Position numbers and translations under genes: made by a program. Positions 31,492 through 45,154 of a DNA stretch of 64,000 nucleotides are shown here, in pieces. Each line of letters starts with the position of its first letter. The stretch's first letter is position 1. The notes under the pieces are model-generated. The model worked only from the letters and a program-made list of their open reading frames with translations. It was not told where the DNA came from and ran no database searches. Source of the DNA: Eledone cirrhosa (Eukaryota). Location: contig OZ024740.1 in NCBI GenBank assembly GCA_964016885.1, positions 83,576,001-83,640,000 of the forward strand, written 5' to 3'.

Positions 31492-32229
31492 TGTATATCT
31501 TCATTTTTTGTGGGCGTATCAGGTGCAAGACATTTGTGTCGCCAGCGTCTGCTATTACTCCAGAAAAAACATCAAGTGTAATTACCAGTTAAAATGCCAT
31601 CGTTTACAAAAATGACCATTTCTAGAAGTATCATTATCTCTCTATATAATTTTCAACCTGTCTGTGTTTGTAACTTTTCCTTCAGGACTGCCGACACATA
31701 TTTGTTTCTATATTATTTGTGGTTTTTGTTTTTAAAATCTTTTTTGCACACATATGACGACACGTGTTGCTTTCGTATTTGTGTCTTCGACTTCAGACGA
31801 GATGATGTTAAATTAAATGTAAATATATGTTATCTAAAATATAATTTGTTTGAAACGTGTCCAAACATAATCCATATGTTCCTGATGACCAAAGGAAGAT
31901 GACGAGTTAATAAATAGCTGTTTCGAAATTCGTTGTTGAATAAATGAAAATATAAGTTAAATTTCCTACCCGAAAAATGCGTTTACCACAATGAAATAAC
32001 AACAAAATAGGCAGGAACAAGAATAATTAAATAATTCAAATATTATTATTGTCATTATCATCACTAGATTGTGTCTAAAGTAGAAAGTACTAATTAACAT
32101 AATGATAATAATAATAATTTTTATTATTATAAATCTTTCTCTATTGGCTAATAGGGACGAAAAGGAAAGAACAATTGAAATTGACAAGAACAGTGGAATT
32201 TAAACAAATGTACACTGCGGCAGCACTCT

Positions 32230-34150
32230 ACTCACCCTTTTTTTCCAAGAGGAACTTGAGAACATAGAAGATGGATTAGCCGATGAGGACAGTGTCTGGA
32301 TTAGGTCCTATAAGTCTTGTCCACCTTACAACCTCTTTTGCCAGACACCAGAGGAAATCTGCCTGCTCTTACCGGCCAAATGAAGTCGGTGGGTGATCCA
32401 TACCACACGTGATAATGGTTGTTCAACAAAGCTCCTTAAGTCAACGTTGCCTGGATGATTGCGTGCAGAATAGCTTTGTCGCTGAGCGCGCATTGTGTTC
32501 CGTCTGACTGCATTTCTGTCTATAGTGTTTATCTCGCACCGGTGGTGACCCCAGTATCACTGACTAGCCAGGAGATTCTAGATATTATTCATAGGCCCTG
32601 GACCGAATGTCTTCCAGAACAGAGTGTGTACTTTGTTTTCCTCGATGCCTAGATTACCCAGAGATCGTCGTCACATTTTCCCGCCATTAGTTCTCCATAC
32701 ACCACTATCGTGGAATTTACACAAAACGCATTGCCCGATTGATAGAAGGCTGTGAGTGCTTGACAACATTCTATGTGTCAGGCACCCAGTCTCTGACTCC
32801 ATTTGACCCAAGACTGTTGCTCAATCCGAGTGAAGAACTACAGAAAGACGTGTTTCCCAAACAATGCCCACATCTGGCGCCTATTAGGAATATCTGTAAG
32901 TTCATCACTGCATGTTTGTGCATTATCAGTCAAGGTATGACCAGCCCAACCTGCAAAGAATATTGAAAGCAGATGAACCGTCGGACCAGTGGGATTACTA
33001 ATCTGGCGAGATGAGTATGAGGGCATGGCAGAATGGTTAAATAGTAATAGATGTACGGCTTTTCCTCCTCCAGTCAACCTTTCAGTAATAGCTTCCTCTC
33101 AGACCAATTCTGGATATAAATGACCATCGTACTCATTAATGACGCGAACAACGTCACCGGTCCGAACGTTCAGCGTCCCATGACATTTTGAATGGCGTGA
33201 TCTGAAATGGTTCCGATAATTGGTCATTTATTCTGACCATCGAGTAGATACCACTATACGTTACAGTGATTCAGCCACTGAAGACGGGACCGAAACCGGT
33301 TAACATAACGACAGCCTCCGGGTATCGATGATAAACCATATCCAAGCTTGCAATTGATCTAAAGAGAGGCTTACTACCTAGCCTCTCTATGATGTATTGC
33401 ACGAACTGGAGTTTATCGTGGATTGCGCTTTCCCTACCAGACATTTGATGACAAGTGTCCCCCTCGTTGTTAGCACCTCGGCCAAAATTTTAAATTCTAT
33501 TCTGAGCAGAATTATAGGCCGGAGTAAATCGATAACCCCACCCACTCCTTGTTTTCGTATTTATTCTTCTGGATTACTTCATCCCGAATTATAGACCTGA
33601 GAATTTTCCCGTTCTGCTGTCAGTTGCACTGTCTTTCGGGCCCATCAGAGAACAAGTCTGACTCGGAAAAACATACCACAAACACCGGCTGATTTGCACC
33701 TCATACAGCTGGTCTGGTCTCCTCGTATATCAGCTGTTGTTATCGGCTTTTCGCAGCACTCCAGATCAGCCGTCGAACAGTGCGGTAGACTATGAAGGTA
33801 GGAACTGTAGTCTGTTACCTTCTTCCAGACCCAATTCTCCCTGAAAAGCAAGCACATCTACTTGGAATAGATCTCGGTCCGTCAAAGACGGAATTCCGGC
33901 TTTATTGCCACACTGTGCCCCTGGCGTGCATTGAAGAGCTTTCGTTCCATCCTCTCTTGGGGCACGTAACTTAGCACTGACAATGCACCTTCATCTTTAG
34001 CATTGAAGAAATGGTTTAGTTTAATTCTCGCAGATAACAGGTCGGTTGCAGTACCACTCCTAATTGCTTCTTATAATTTGTCTAATTCTACTTCATTACT
34101 ACATCTATTGGTTCTACTTTAATCGCTCTTTTCGGGGGATATCTGAAGTC
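32230..34150 (-). mobile_element. Degenerate Tx1/L1-like LINE
   Basis: Minus-strand PIILLRIEFKILAEVLT and other RT fragments collinear with 1375-4270. Confidence 0.7.
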
Positions 34151-35857
34151 ATTTGCAATGAAGTATACGAACCTCGAACCTTTTAATGTGTTTTATTATT
34201 TAAGTTGAGATGACAAAAGTGAACAAGATGATATAAATGTACTATATCCAATACAGGAAGGTATAAAATAACTATATTCAAAAATAGGAAATTAACTATA
34301 TGCACCGAAATTGAACCACTAGAAGAGAGCCACCCAAATAAATGTTTAGAAATGGGAATTCTAAAGTTTAAGTAATATAAAAATAAATCAAATAACAACT
34401 GAACAATACTTACAGACACAATGAAATAGATGTTAGTGATAATATATACCTACTTCGCACACGAAGAGGGTAATGTATGATACACGCAGAATTGTTACAT
34501 TATATAACAATATGACACGGAAAAACGTAGAAGGATAAAAGTGAGGATGTCTACTGTATTATGAAACAAACAACAACACTAGGAACTCATAATTTGATTC
34601 TATAAAAAGAAATAATAAATCACATATTGGAAATTAAGTACTCGGGTACAAATACATATAGATTGGCTGTGGACAACTGAATATTTACAAACTTTCCAAC
34701 CACCCACAAACAACATCACGCTAGATATAGCGAAGGAAAAGATGTGAAATAAAACAACCCAGTATCTCAACAGTGCATAATTAAGCTAATGAGAAAGATA
34801 GGAAAAAACCTATGTGCAGTATTGTAAACGTAGAAATAAATGTCCTTACTGTAAAAGTAGAAATAAATGTCCACAAGCCGATTTTTACCCACGAACAATT
34901 ACAAACGAAAACGACAGAGAAATAGAGAAACGACAGGCTACGACCAAGACCATATTATCCATCAAGAAAAAGGGACTTTTCCCTTCTTCATTGTCAGCTT
35001 CCATAAACTTGCAAGTCAGGCTTGAATCGGTAGCTGTTTAAGGGACTATACGGCAAACTTTGAGGATGAATACGCACATCAGCGATTTGGCTACAGTTAC
35101 CCGGGCCATAAGATCATGCATCTGTTACCACAGTTGACTAGGAACATATAAAGTCAAATGTGAGTTATATGTCTTCAAATATTACCTTTGTTGACAGAAG
35201 GAAGCTTTTCCGTTTTTGAGAAAGAACAAAAAATAGGACCATAATCTTTGAACGTTTCTTGAGTAATTTCATAAGAGAAGGCACACTTTCCCTGTAGTAT
35301 TCCAATATTCTTTCTTCTTTTTGTTTAGATCACTTTTGCTTTTCTTAGATATAATTTACATTGCACAATCGCCACTTGTCATTTCTATTAAAATATAAAT
35401 GGACACTGTACGTGCGTGCACATTTGTGTTGATGTTTTTATATCCTTTTATCTCTTTACCTTTTTCATCAAATTTTTTTATAATTGAAATATTTCCTTTT
35501 ATTTTTTGTATTCATTGATATGTAAATTATATCAGTTTGTTTATTCGCTGATATCTTCTCTCACTCTGCCAGAAGAAATTATATTAAATAGTTTTCATTT
35601 TCACTTCTTTTAGTCAATAGTATGCGACCATAAGTGGCCAGTAATTTAATGACCTTTTTTGTTTAATATCATAAATGTATAAAGTAAAAATGTTCTATCA
35701 TGTTGTGATTGTGCGGAGTGTGCTTTTGTGATATCTAATATATATTGGTTTTAAATTATTGGGGTTCATGCTTGTTGGCTTGTTCTGTAAGTGTACTCAG
35801 CCAATTTTATTATTTATTTGGTGCTTTATTTTAGCGAGCTCCACCCCACCTCCCACC

Positions 35858-35968
35858 TCATCCTTACGAGCTCGATAAAATAAATCACCAGTAACGTACT
35901 GGGGTCGATTTAATCGACATTCCCCTACCCCAAAATTACTGGCCTTGTGCCTATACTAGAAATCATTA
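35858..35968 (+). mobile_element. Partial SINE (3' half)
   Basis: TCATCCTTACGAGCTCGATAAAATAAATCACCAG...GGCCTTGTGCC. Confidence 0.7.
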
Positions 35969-38524
35969 TTTATTTGAAAGCATATTGGGCAGTGTGGGAA
36001 TTACATCGAGCAGTGTTCATTTTTTTACTTCAGAGTAAAAATGCAAATCTTTGTAATATGTTTTACGTTTGAGTCTTTTTTATTTCCTATTAATATTCTT
36101 TATTAAACTTTACGTTGTTGGCTCAGTTTTTCACTTCCACACCAACATCATACCTATTACCAATTTAGGTTGTTTTGCAATTATCCGATTTCCTTTCGCC
36201 TTTCAAAATACATTTATTCTCTTATGTGTACATTCCACCTTGATATTGTGAAGCTGATCAATTGTGAACCGTATTTCCATAAAACATATCTGATAGTTAC
36301 AGTAATGTTGCGGTCACATATAGTTGAGTTTTTGTTTTGTTTGTTTTTTCAGTAGATTCTTGTCATAACTTGAAGACGAACTAGTAAGAGACTCACTTCG
36401 TCAATGTTTATCGTATATCGTCAAGGACAATGTAACCAGGAATGATGGAGTGATTTGTTTATATATGCTTTCTATGCTGTTGGCAGAAGACATTTGATTT
36501 TCTTTCATTATTTTAATATATATTTCCCATTCTTTTCTCTCTCCTGTTCCGCGGCTTCTTTCAGAATTCTATTTCTTGCATACTCATTTATTATATTAAT
36601 AACTTGCCATTTCAGAGGTTTTTGTACTCACTCCCTCTTTATATCAAACTATGCATTTTCTATCTGTATGCATATTTTATCTATAGCAACATTTTGCATA
36701 GCGACTTTGGAACGCTCCTGGCAATTCCTGTCTTTTTATCCAGAATTACTGAAAATATATATTATTTGAAATATAAACTAATAAACATATTTCCATCTCT
36801 TAATGCCCATTCCATTATGGAATCTTTGCTAGATCTCAAGTTAGAATTATTGGTCAGTTTTAGATAAAGGATGATATAAAATATTTAGCCAATATATACT
36901 CTTGGGGGTGGAATTTCCGACCCCCACCCCACCCCGTTTATTAGTTTTTTCAGATTCCATCCACCCACTTATGAAGTTTTCCTAATCTATATCCCGCGAA
37001 GTTTTATTTTAAGTAGTTGCATTCCTGCGATAATTAATTTCTTTATACATTAAAAAACATTATACAGGACAAAAAAGTACATTACTATATATCGCATACG
37101 TTATAAAATAAATAGGATGGGTTTCAGTCTTAAATATGTAAACTAAATGACAGATTCTATTTTTTTTTAAAATCAATATTACTGTTCTTCCTCCAGCCTC
37201 CCTGCTTATCCTCTTCTTAATCCAACCCTCCTCTTATTTGGGACACGGAAGTACACCAGTATACGAAATGGAATGATGAAATAAATATTTCACTTACTTC
37301 TATTCAATTGGCTCACCTTCATTCCATGTGTCATCTGATATATTTACATTAACAATCATTAAAGATTTTTTTGTCAAGGCAATAGTTCAATTTGTAACTA
37401 TATATGTGTTGTAATATCTAGGTACAGTTATTTCAATAATTTAAAGCATTTGTAATGGCAAAGCGAAATAGCAGAGAAAAGGATTTGTGAAATATGGGTG
37501 CACTCTTGAGTTCAATATATCTTCCAGAAATGTGTTGTGGAGTTTTCGACACATAACGTGAGTATATAACTCTGTGTTGTAGTAAATAATTCACATTCTG
37601 TTAAATAAATGGTTTAATTTTCAATAAATTTGTTGCTGTGCGTTTCTTACTCTAATTTTTGGGATTGCTGATAATGACGTTTTAAATTTATTGAATGCTC
37701 TCATTGTGTTTCTTTGACAATAAACCCAACGATGTTTATTTCAAAATGAGAGAGCAAAACTTTGAGATATTCATATAAAATATATTACCATGGCAGAGTA
37801 AAGCCAATACCAGGTGGGTGAGCAATATAATATGGCAGACGCAATCAGATTTAGTGATTAAACTAAACGAAATGTTTTGTTTTGACTAAAATTTACCCAA
37901 ATATTACATATTGATATTTTTTCTTCACTATCATGTGTTGTTTACATATTGTATTACATAATTGTATATTTTGATTAAATACACCGATTATTCATTTTGT
38001 TGTTTTGATCATTTGAATATGGGCGTAAGCCGCTGAATGTAATTGAAACGTACATCAACAATGTGAGTTGATTAAATTATTTTCATGAGTTTATTGGATT
38101 AAGGAATGTGGAAAAATCTGACAAAAATTGTTCATTTCAAATAAGAAATCATATAGTGATGTAGGTTCTTGATAAAAATAATATAATTACATATATGTTG
38201 ATTCCGGGTTCTTGTACACATGTTATCATGTCTGAAATGGCTCATTTTCATTTTGGATAATATTAAAACATAACAAACCCTAAGTTTTTTCTGTGTTGCT
38301 TTCCTAAATGTAAATGATAAGGATCATGGTGATGAGGTGTTTGATGATATTGATGATGAGGAGTACAATGATGACGATCGTAATGACGATGAAAATAGGA
38401 GTGACGGTGTTAGCGATAATAAGATTGCCAATGACGATGATAATGGTTGAAGATAACGACAATGAAAATAATGATCTCTGATTTAGGCACAAGGACAACA
38501 AAGCAGGTGGATGTCGATGAAATC

Positions 38525-38680
38525 AACACCAGTGCATTAATGGTACTTTATTTTATAGACCCCGTAAGGAAGAAAATCAAATCTCTCCTCATCGGAATTT
38601 GAACTCAGAATGCAAAGCGCCGTAGCTCTATGCAGCGAAGCATGTTGCCCTACGTTCTACCGATACTACCAATCCACTGG
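38525..38680 (-). mobile_element. Diverged SINE copy
   Basis: Reverse-complement match to the SINE consensus. Confidence 0.7.
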
Positions 38681-38778
38681 TCGATGAATCTTGATAGATG
38701 TGGTGAAAATGGTGTTTATGTTTATGGTACTAAGTATGGCAGTAATAATTTGGTTGATGACGATGGTGGTGGTGGTCG

Positions 38779-38853
<75 letters not shown>

Positions 38854-38881
38854 TGATGATGATGATGATGATGATGATGAT
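38779..38881. repeat. (GAT)n(GAC)n(GAT)n compound microsatellite
   Basis: Direct reading. Confidence 0.97.
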
Positions 38882-38984
38882 AACAGTGATGCGACAATAA
38901 TTGACATAAACTTCGTGAACTTCTGTCGAAATATATTCAATCATATGTAACTATTGAAGTCATTACTACTTCCTTTCTCACCAC

Positions 38985-39170
38985 GGTATTGGCAGTATCA
39001 CTAGAAGGTCGGACGTCATGCTTTGCAGGATAGGGTTACGTCCCTTTATGGTGTGAGTTCAAATCCCGCCGAGGTTCACTTTGCCTTTCATCCTTACGGG
39101 TCGATAAAATAAATACCAGTAATGTACTAGGATAATTGCTGGCCTGGTGCCAATAGTAGAAACAATTATG
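38985..39170 (+). mobile_element. SINE copy
   Basis: Match to the SINE consensus. Confidence 0.85.
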
Positions 39171-39612
39171 CTAAATATGAAACTATTCCAAATGGTAGCG
39201 TTGTGTGTTAATCACAGGCGTCTTTAGCTAGGGGAACTTATTGCATTTTACTATGTCAATTTATAATTTCTCTAATATAGATGTACTTCGCAAATTGATT
39301 CAGATTCTAACATACCTACGAATTGGCCAGCAGGAAATCAGATGGCAAACTTATAACAAAATATGATGCAGATTCATTTGATTCGACTAATGATGGAATA
39401 TCTGCCATGAATGTACCCATTAAAAACCGAAATACTAAGTAACCTATCAAGGTTAATGATTGCCTTAAATCAAATTATTTATAAACGCAGTGTGAGGTCC
39501 AGCTATATGAGGTTAAATTGTGATGCTTTGTGATAACTGATAATATAGAAGTCAGTGAGTACGTTTGATCTGCTATGTCAAGTGCGCTCAAATTCTTCGT
39601 AATATATATACG

Positions 39613-39645
<33 letters not shown>

Positions 39646-39658
39646 AAATATATATATG

Positions 39659-39690
<32 letters not shown>

Positions 39691-39724
39691 TTATATGTGT
39701 ATATATATATATATACATATATAT

Positions 39725-39830
<106 letters not shown>

Positions 39831-39961
39831 GTGAGGTTTTTTTTACAAAATGAAAAATAACCGAGGTGTCCTACACGAGTGGAAGTATAAAGAAAAAGGG
39901 ATGAAATCGACAATGCAACTGAAGTCTTATTTTTTTTTTAAATATATATATTTATTTGGTT

Positions 39962-39999
39962 CCTTTACCGGTTTCGCAGTTCTTCTGCTTTTCAAAAGG
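39962..39999 (-). ncRNA. Minimal type I hammerhead, U3:A8 variant (sense copy at 43619-43653 is damaged)
   Basis: Reverse complement: CCTT-TTGAAAA-GCAG-aagaa-CTGC-GAAAC-cg-GTA-AAGG; palindromic ACCGGT. Confidence 0.75.
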
Positions 40000-40506
40000 T
40001 GAGTTGAGATGGAGGGTCTGTGGTTTTTCTCACATCTGGTTGGTCTCTAAATGTTACTTGTTTTATATGGAAAAAGTGGCTCGAAAGCCTGGTTTTTCGA
40101 GAAGTAATTTGATTGGTTTGTCAATAATTATAATAAATTTCGCGCCGTTACAATAGTTCTTCAAATAAGAGAGGGGGTGGGTTGTCACAGGTTGTTTTTT
40201 CATATATGAGTGTTTGAATTTCTTTTTACTTGAAAAAATGAGGCTCACTAAGGCTTTTTTTTTCGGTTGGTTATAAATGAAATTTGGCTGTCACGTGAAC
40301 AAGTTTTCATTACATTTTTGCGCCCTTATTTGGAAAACTATTCTGTAGTCTTTATAGTGAATGTTATGACAATGGAGAGATAGTGGTCAAGGGAAAAGGG
40401 ATTGGGAGAAATGTTCTGGTTCAGTGAATATGGCCAGCTGTCAGAGTTCAGGTGTCAGAGTTCAGATTTTCTATTGAGACTGAAGATATGTGTTTATTTG
40501 TGTGCT

Positions 40507-40539
<33 letters not shown>

Positions 40540-40617
40540 ATGTGTGTATTGGAAGATGATTCTATTAGTAGAGATGGGGGAGGGTGTTGTGTGTGTGTAT
40601 ATATGGGTGTTATGTGT

Positions 40618-42561
40618 AAACCCAACACAAGTCGAAGGGAATGGGAGATTAACCATGAACTAAAAAACAATCCGGACATTGTAATTAAGGAAGCGGACAA
40701 GGGAAGTCCTGTTGTCATTATGGAGGCTGAAAAATATAAAAATTCTATGTTCTCTCTCTTACAAAATGCTAATTACTATGAAAGAGTAAAAAACTACCAG
40801 CAATCAAAAATAATGACCAAATTAAACACACTGATTTATCGATACCAGGAAGACCTAATTAAAAAGGAACGCGATTATTTAACAAATTTTAAATACAAAA
40901 CCAGCAACCTTTACGGACTTCCGAAGATCCACAAATGTAAAATAATCAACGATGCCTGTAAACAATCCACCTCAGCCTGCGTGAACACACAATACCCCAC
41001 AGACCTTAAATTAAGACCAATTGTAGCAGGCCCACAATCTGAAACACACAGATTGAGCAACTTTATAGACATACTACTGAAACCAATACTGAAACACATA
41101 CCAAGCCTTGTAAGAGACCATCTGGACCTCTTAAACCACCTCCCCAAACATGTCAACAACGACACTATTATTGTGTCTTTCGATGTAGTGAATCTCTACA
41201 CAACGATCCCACACCAATACGGACTAGAAGCAATAGGATTCTGGCTAGAGAAATATCCCAATGAGATACCTGACAGAATAGAAAAAAGCTTCATCACCGA
41301 GGGATTAAAATTCATCCTACAGAACAACTTTTTTGATTTCGATGGCAATACTTACAAGCAAATATCGGGGACTGCGATGGGCACAAAAGCCGCTCCAACT
41401 TATGCCAACTTAGTCATGGCATACTTAGAAGTCCAGATATATGAACAGTCCAAATCAAAATACGGATTGAACTTCCACAAATATTTATCAGAGAATTGGA
41501 AACGCTACTTGGATGATTGCCTCATTCTTTGGTCCCACACACTCGACCAACTGGAGGATTTCAAAAACTTAATAAACGGCATCAATAACCACATCCAATT
41601 CACAATGGAATACAACCAAGATCAACTCCCATTTCTGGACATCTTAATCACACAAAAAGACACAAATATCGAAACTGACATACACTACAAACCAACAGAT
41701 TCCAAACAATATCTGCTATTCACCTCCAACCATCCAAAGCACACGAAGACGAACATTCCTTTTAACCTAGCAAGAAGAATTTGCACAATTGTCTCCAATT
41801 ATGAAACGCGAAATAAAAGACTTCAAGAATTAAAGGAAATTCTACTTGAGAGAGAGTACCCACTATTACTAATAAATAATGGAATAGAAAGGGCTAAAGC
41901 AATAGGCATTGATGAATTACGGAAACAGAAACAAATTCAAGGTACGTCCAATATTCTATCATATATCTCAACACACAACCCAAGAAATGCGGAAGCTTAC
42001 AACACTATTCACAATAACATCCCACTACTAAAACAAAACCCAAGAATGAAAAAAGCCCTTGAAACACACAAAATAATCAAAAGCAAAAGACAACCAAAAT
42101 CACTGAAAACATTACTCACCAATGCCAAATTACCTACCACAAACCCACAACCAAGTATCAAAAAATGTGGTCGCTCTAATTGTGGAACCTGCACTCACCT
42201 CATTGAAGGCAACACGTATACATTTAAATCAGGACAAAATTTTACTGTAAAAAATCACTTCACTTGCTCATCAAAAAATCTAATTTATGCCATTAAATGT
42301 AAAGGATGCAATGAAGATTATATAGGACAAACTAAACTCACACTCAGAAACAGAATGACAGTTCATCGCCAACAATTACGAGATCCAACCACGAGACAGA
42401 TACCACTAAGTGCACATCTAGACATTTGCGCAAGTAATAAGACACCCAAATTCCATGTCTTCCCATTTTACCTTTGCGCTAACAATACAACAGAACAAAT
42501 GCGAATAAATAAGGAAAATATGTTTATTCAAAAATATAGACCAACATTAAATAAGGTTTAA
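40618..42561 (+). CDS. PLE reverse transcriptase + GIY-YIG endonuclease, N-terminally truncated, no internal stops
   Basis: IKEADKG, LYGLPKIHK, LRPIV, FDVVNLYTTIP, GTAMGTKAAPTYANL, RYLDD, LPFLD, CGRSNCGTC, LIYAIKCKGCNEDYIGQT; the first 72 aa of the track ORF come from the inverted repeat. Confidence 0.95.
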   Translation, partial: KPNTSRREWEINHELKNNPDIVIKEADKGSPVVIMEAEKYKNSMFSLLQNANYYERVKNYQQSKIMTKLNTLIYRYQEDLIKKERDYLTNFKYKTSNLYGLPKIHKCKIINDACKQSTSACVNTQYPTDLKLRPIVAGPQSETHRLSNFIDILLKPILKHIPSLVRDHLDLLNHLPKHVNNDTIIVSFDVVNLYTTIPHQYGLEAIGFWLEKYPNEIPDRIEKSFITEGLKFILQNNFFDFDGNTYKQISGTAMGTKAAPTYANLVMAYLEVQIYEQSKSKYGLNFHKYLSENWKRYLDDCLILWSHTLDQLEDFKNLINGINNHIQFTMEYNQDQLPFLDILITQKDTNIETDIHYKPTDSKQYLLFTSNHPKHTKTNIPFNLARRICTIVSNYETRNKRLQELKEILLEREYPLLLINNGIERAKAIGIDELRKQKQIQGTSNILSYISTHNPRNAEAYNTIHNNIPLLKQNPRMKKALETHKIIKSKRQPKSLKTLLTNAKLPTTNPQPSIKKCGRSNCGTCTHLIEGNTYTFKSGQNFTVKNHFTCSSKNLIYAIKCKGCNEDYIGQTKLTLRNRMTVHRQQLRDPTTRQIPLSAHLDICASNKTPKFHVFPFYLCANNTTEQMRINKENMFIQKYRPTLNKV

Positions 42562-43722
42562 TATACATTACGTCAACACCACAATATGACATACACACAC
42601 ACACATAACACCTTCTACTTTAGAAAATAAAAACCCGAACTAAATAAACCTTAACATACGTTTGCACTTAACATACGTTTGCACCAATACAACAGCAAAC
42701 ACGAAAAAGTCAGGAAAATATGTTCATTCAAAAATATTCCTACTAAAGGAATCATTTTCCTACACACACACATACACACACACACAATATATATATATAT
42801 ATATATATTCTCTTCATCTTAACATGCTAACCATACTCCCACACACATAACACCCATACACACACATAACAAACCCCACACCTACAACACCCTCCCCATT
42901 TTTACTAATAGAACCACTTTCCTATACACATATATATATACACACACACACAAAATATATATTCTCTCCATCTAACATACTCGCACACACACACATAACA
43001 CCCATATACACACACACACAACTCCCTCCCCCATCTCTACTAATAGAATCATCTTCCAATACACACATACACACACACACACATATATATACACACACAC
43101 AAGCACACAAATAAACACATATCTTCAGTCTCAATAGAAAATCTGAACTCTGACACCTGAACTCTGACAGCTGGCCATATTCACTGAACCAGAACATTTC
43201 TCCCAATCCCTTTTCCCTTGACCACTATCTCTCCATTGTCATAACATTCACTATAAAGACTACAGAATAGTTTTCCAAATAAGGGCGCAAAATTGTAATG
43301 AAAACTTGTTCACGTGACAGCCAAATTTCATTTATAACCAACCAAAAAAAAGCCTTCGTGAGCCTCATTTTTTCAAGTAAAAAGAAATTCAAACACTCAT
43401 ATATGAAAAAACAACCTGTGACAACCCCACCCCCCCCCTCTCTTATTTGAAGAACTATTGTAACGCGAACTGGCGCGAAATTTATTATAATTATTGACAA
43501 ACCAATCAAATTACTTCTCGAAAAACCTGGCTTTCGAGCCACTTTTTCCATATAAAACAAGTAACATTTAGAGACCAACCAGATGTGAGAAAAACCACAG
43601 ACCCTCCATCTCAACTCACCTTTTGAAAAGCAGAAGAACTGTAAAGGTAAAGGAACCAAATAAATATATATATTTTTTAAAAAAATATGACTTCAGTTGC
43701 ATTTTCGATTTCATCCCTTTTT

Positions 43723-43770
<48 letters not shown>

Positions 43771-43793
43771 ATATATATCACATAATAAACGTA

Positions 43794-44024
43794 GAATCAG
43801 TGGTGCGACAAATTGAAATTTATTAGACGTATTACAATCTTTTCTCTGGCGACCAGCTCGAGGTACGATCGATGCGAGGATTGAAACTGACTCTGAAATC
43901 GCAAGTTCTTCAGATACGTATTTATCCTTTGAAGCAGATCCTCGCATCGATCGTACCTCTAGTTGGTCGCCAGAGAAACGATTGTAATATGTCTAATGAA
44001 TTCTAATTCGTTGTACCACTGATT
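43794..44024. repeat. Fold-back inverted repeat (arms about 43794-43882 and 43938-44024)
   Basis: Direct reading. Confidence 0.85.
43827..43919 (-). ncRNA. Type I hammerhead motif with long stem II insertion, degenerate
   Basis: Reverse complement: ACGTAT-CTGAAGA-a-CTTGCGA...TCGCCAG-a-GAAA-agatt-GTA-ATACGT; the mirror arm has GAAACGATTGTA. Confidence 0.6.
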
Positions 44025-44789
44025 TTCCTCTACCTGTGTGATATTATACTCTGCTCTGTAAGAGCATCGAGTGCTCAAACGGCCTACCGTATACGGACGC
44101 TTTTAAGCACCCCCACACCAAATATATATATATATATATTTGTCTCCACCGGATTGACCGGGATACCAACTGTAGGATTGATTAAGTTTTAATTTTTATA
44201 TTTGTTTAATTTTTTTTACATTTGTTTATTTTTAATGTTAAATTAGATACTTTAAATGTTAAATGTTATCCACGACAAGGGGCCAGATATCTTCTTATCC
44301 TTAGCAAATTGACCGTTACCTAGTTGTCTGGACTCCTACTTTTTTAACTATTAACGTCTGAAACTTAGAAATCTTTTCGAGTCGGGAAACTTTAAATATT
44401 TTCTATAAGTTATATTAACCATAGCAGAAGGGAACTTTCTCGCTTCGGAGTGATTATCCTGCTATAAACAGGTGGCGGGTACAAATGCACCGAAATCCTA
44501 CCGGTTGCCAAAGCTAGCAGCAAATTTTGGCTGGCTTGAACTCCCACTGACCATATCGAGTTGTCGGCTGAGGAGGTGGGAGATTGGCAGATAGAGAGAA
44601 CATAAATGTTGGTAATATTCTAGGTGTAGGTAAAGGGGACAGCCCCCCACACACACCTGCGACATGCGCAGAGATGTCTGGATGACCTGAAGCCAGAAGG
44701 AGGCGGACAACCAAAGCAAAAATGCAGTTGTTAGTCCGCTCCCTTCCAAATAAAATTGCCTCAGAACTGTTACCTTTTAATCAATCTTT

Positions 44790-44840
44790 GCTGTCTGAAG
44801 AGATCACGATGCTTATCGTCATTGAAATATATATAACGGC
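44790..44840 (+). ncRNA. Type I hammerhead ribozyme
   Basis: GCTGT-CTGAAGA-G-ATCACGAT-gctt-ATCGTCAT-T-GAAAT-atat-ATA-ACGGC, followed by AATAAA. Confidence 0.75.
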
Positions 44841-44889
44841 TCAAATAATAAAGGACTCTAACACCTTCAGCTGCGCATTTTCATCTTTT

Positions 44890-45073
44890 GGATTGGCAGT
44901 ATCGGTAGAGAGTCGGATGCCATGCTTTGCAACAAAGAGTTACGGCCCTTGATGATCTCAGTTCAAATCCAGCTGAGGTTAACTTTGCCTTTCATCCTTA
45001 TGGGGTCGATAAAATAAAGTACCAGTAATACCCTGGGATAATTGCTGGCCTTGTGCCAAAAGTAGAAACAATT
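44890..45073 (+). mobile_element. SINE copy
   Basis: Match to the SINE consensus. Confidence 0.85.
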
Positions 45074-45074
45074 A

Positions 45075-45154
<80 letters not shown>

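Larger units (their letters stand above)
39886..43729 (+). mobile_element. Penelope-like retroelement (Neptune-type), 5'-truncated, with ~730-bp inverted terminal repeats (39886-40617 and 42991-43729)
   Basis: RT + GIY-YIG ORF; arms mirror each other (paired ORFs 39956+/43659- and 40402+/43206-); (TA)n at or near both ends. Confidence 0.95.

Noticed and set aside
31882-31930. CTGATGA...GAAA
   Set aside because: No consistent three-stem fold
38630-38950. Poly-Asp, poly-Ser and poly-Met ORFs
   Set aside because: Trinucleotide microsatellite next to a SINE
40402-40617. N-terminal 72 aa of the 719-aa ORF
   Set aside because: Antisense terminal repeat with (TG)n fused in frame by chance; mirrored by ORF 42922-43206
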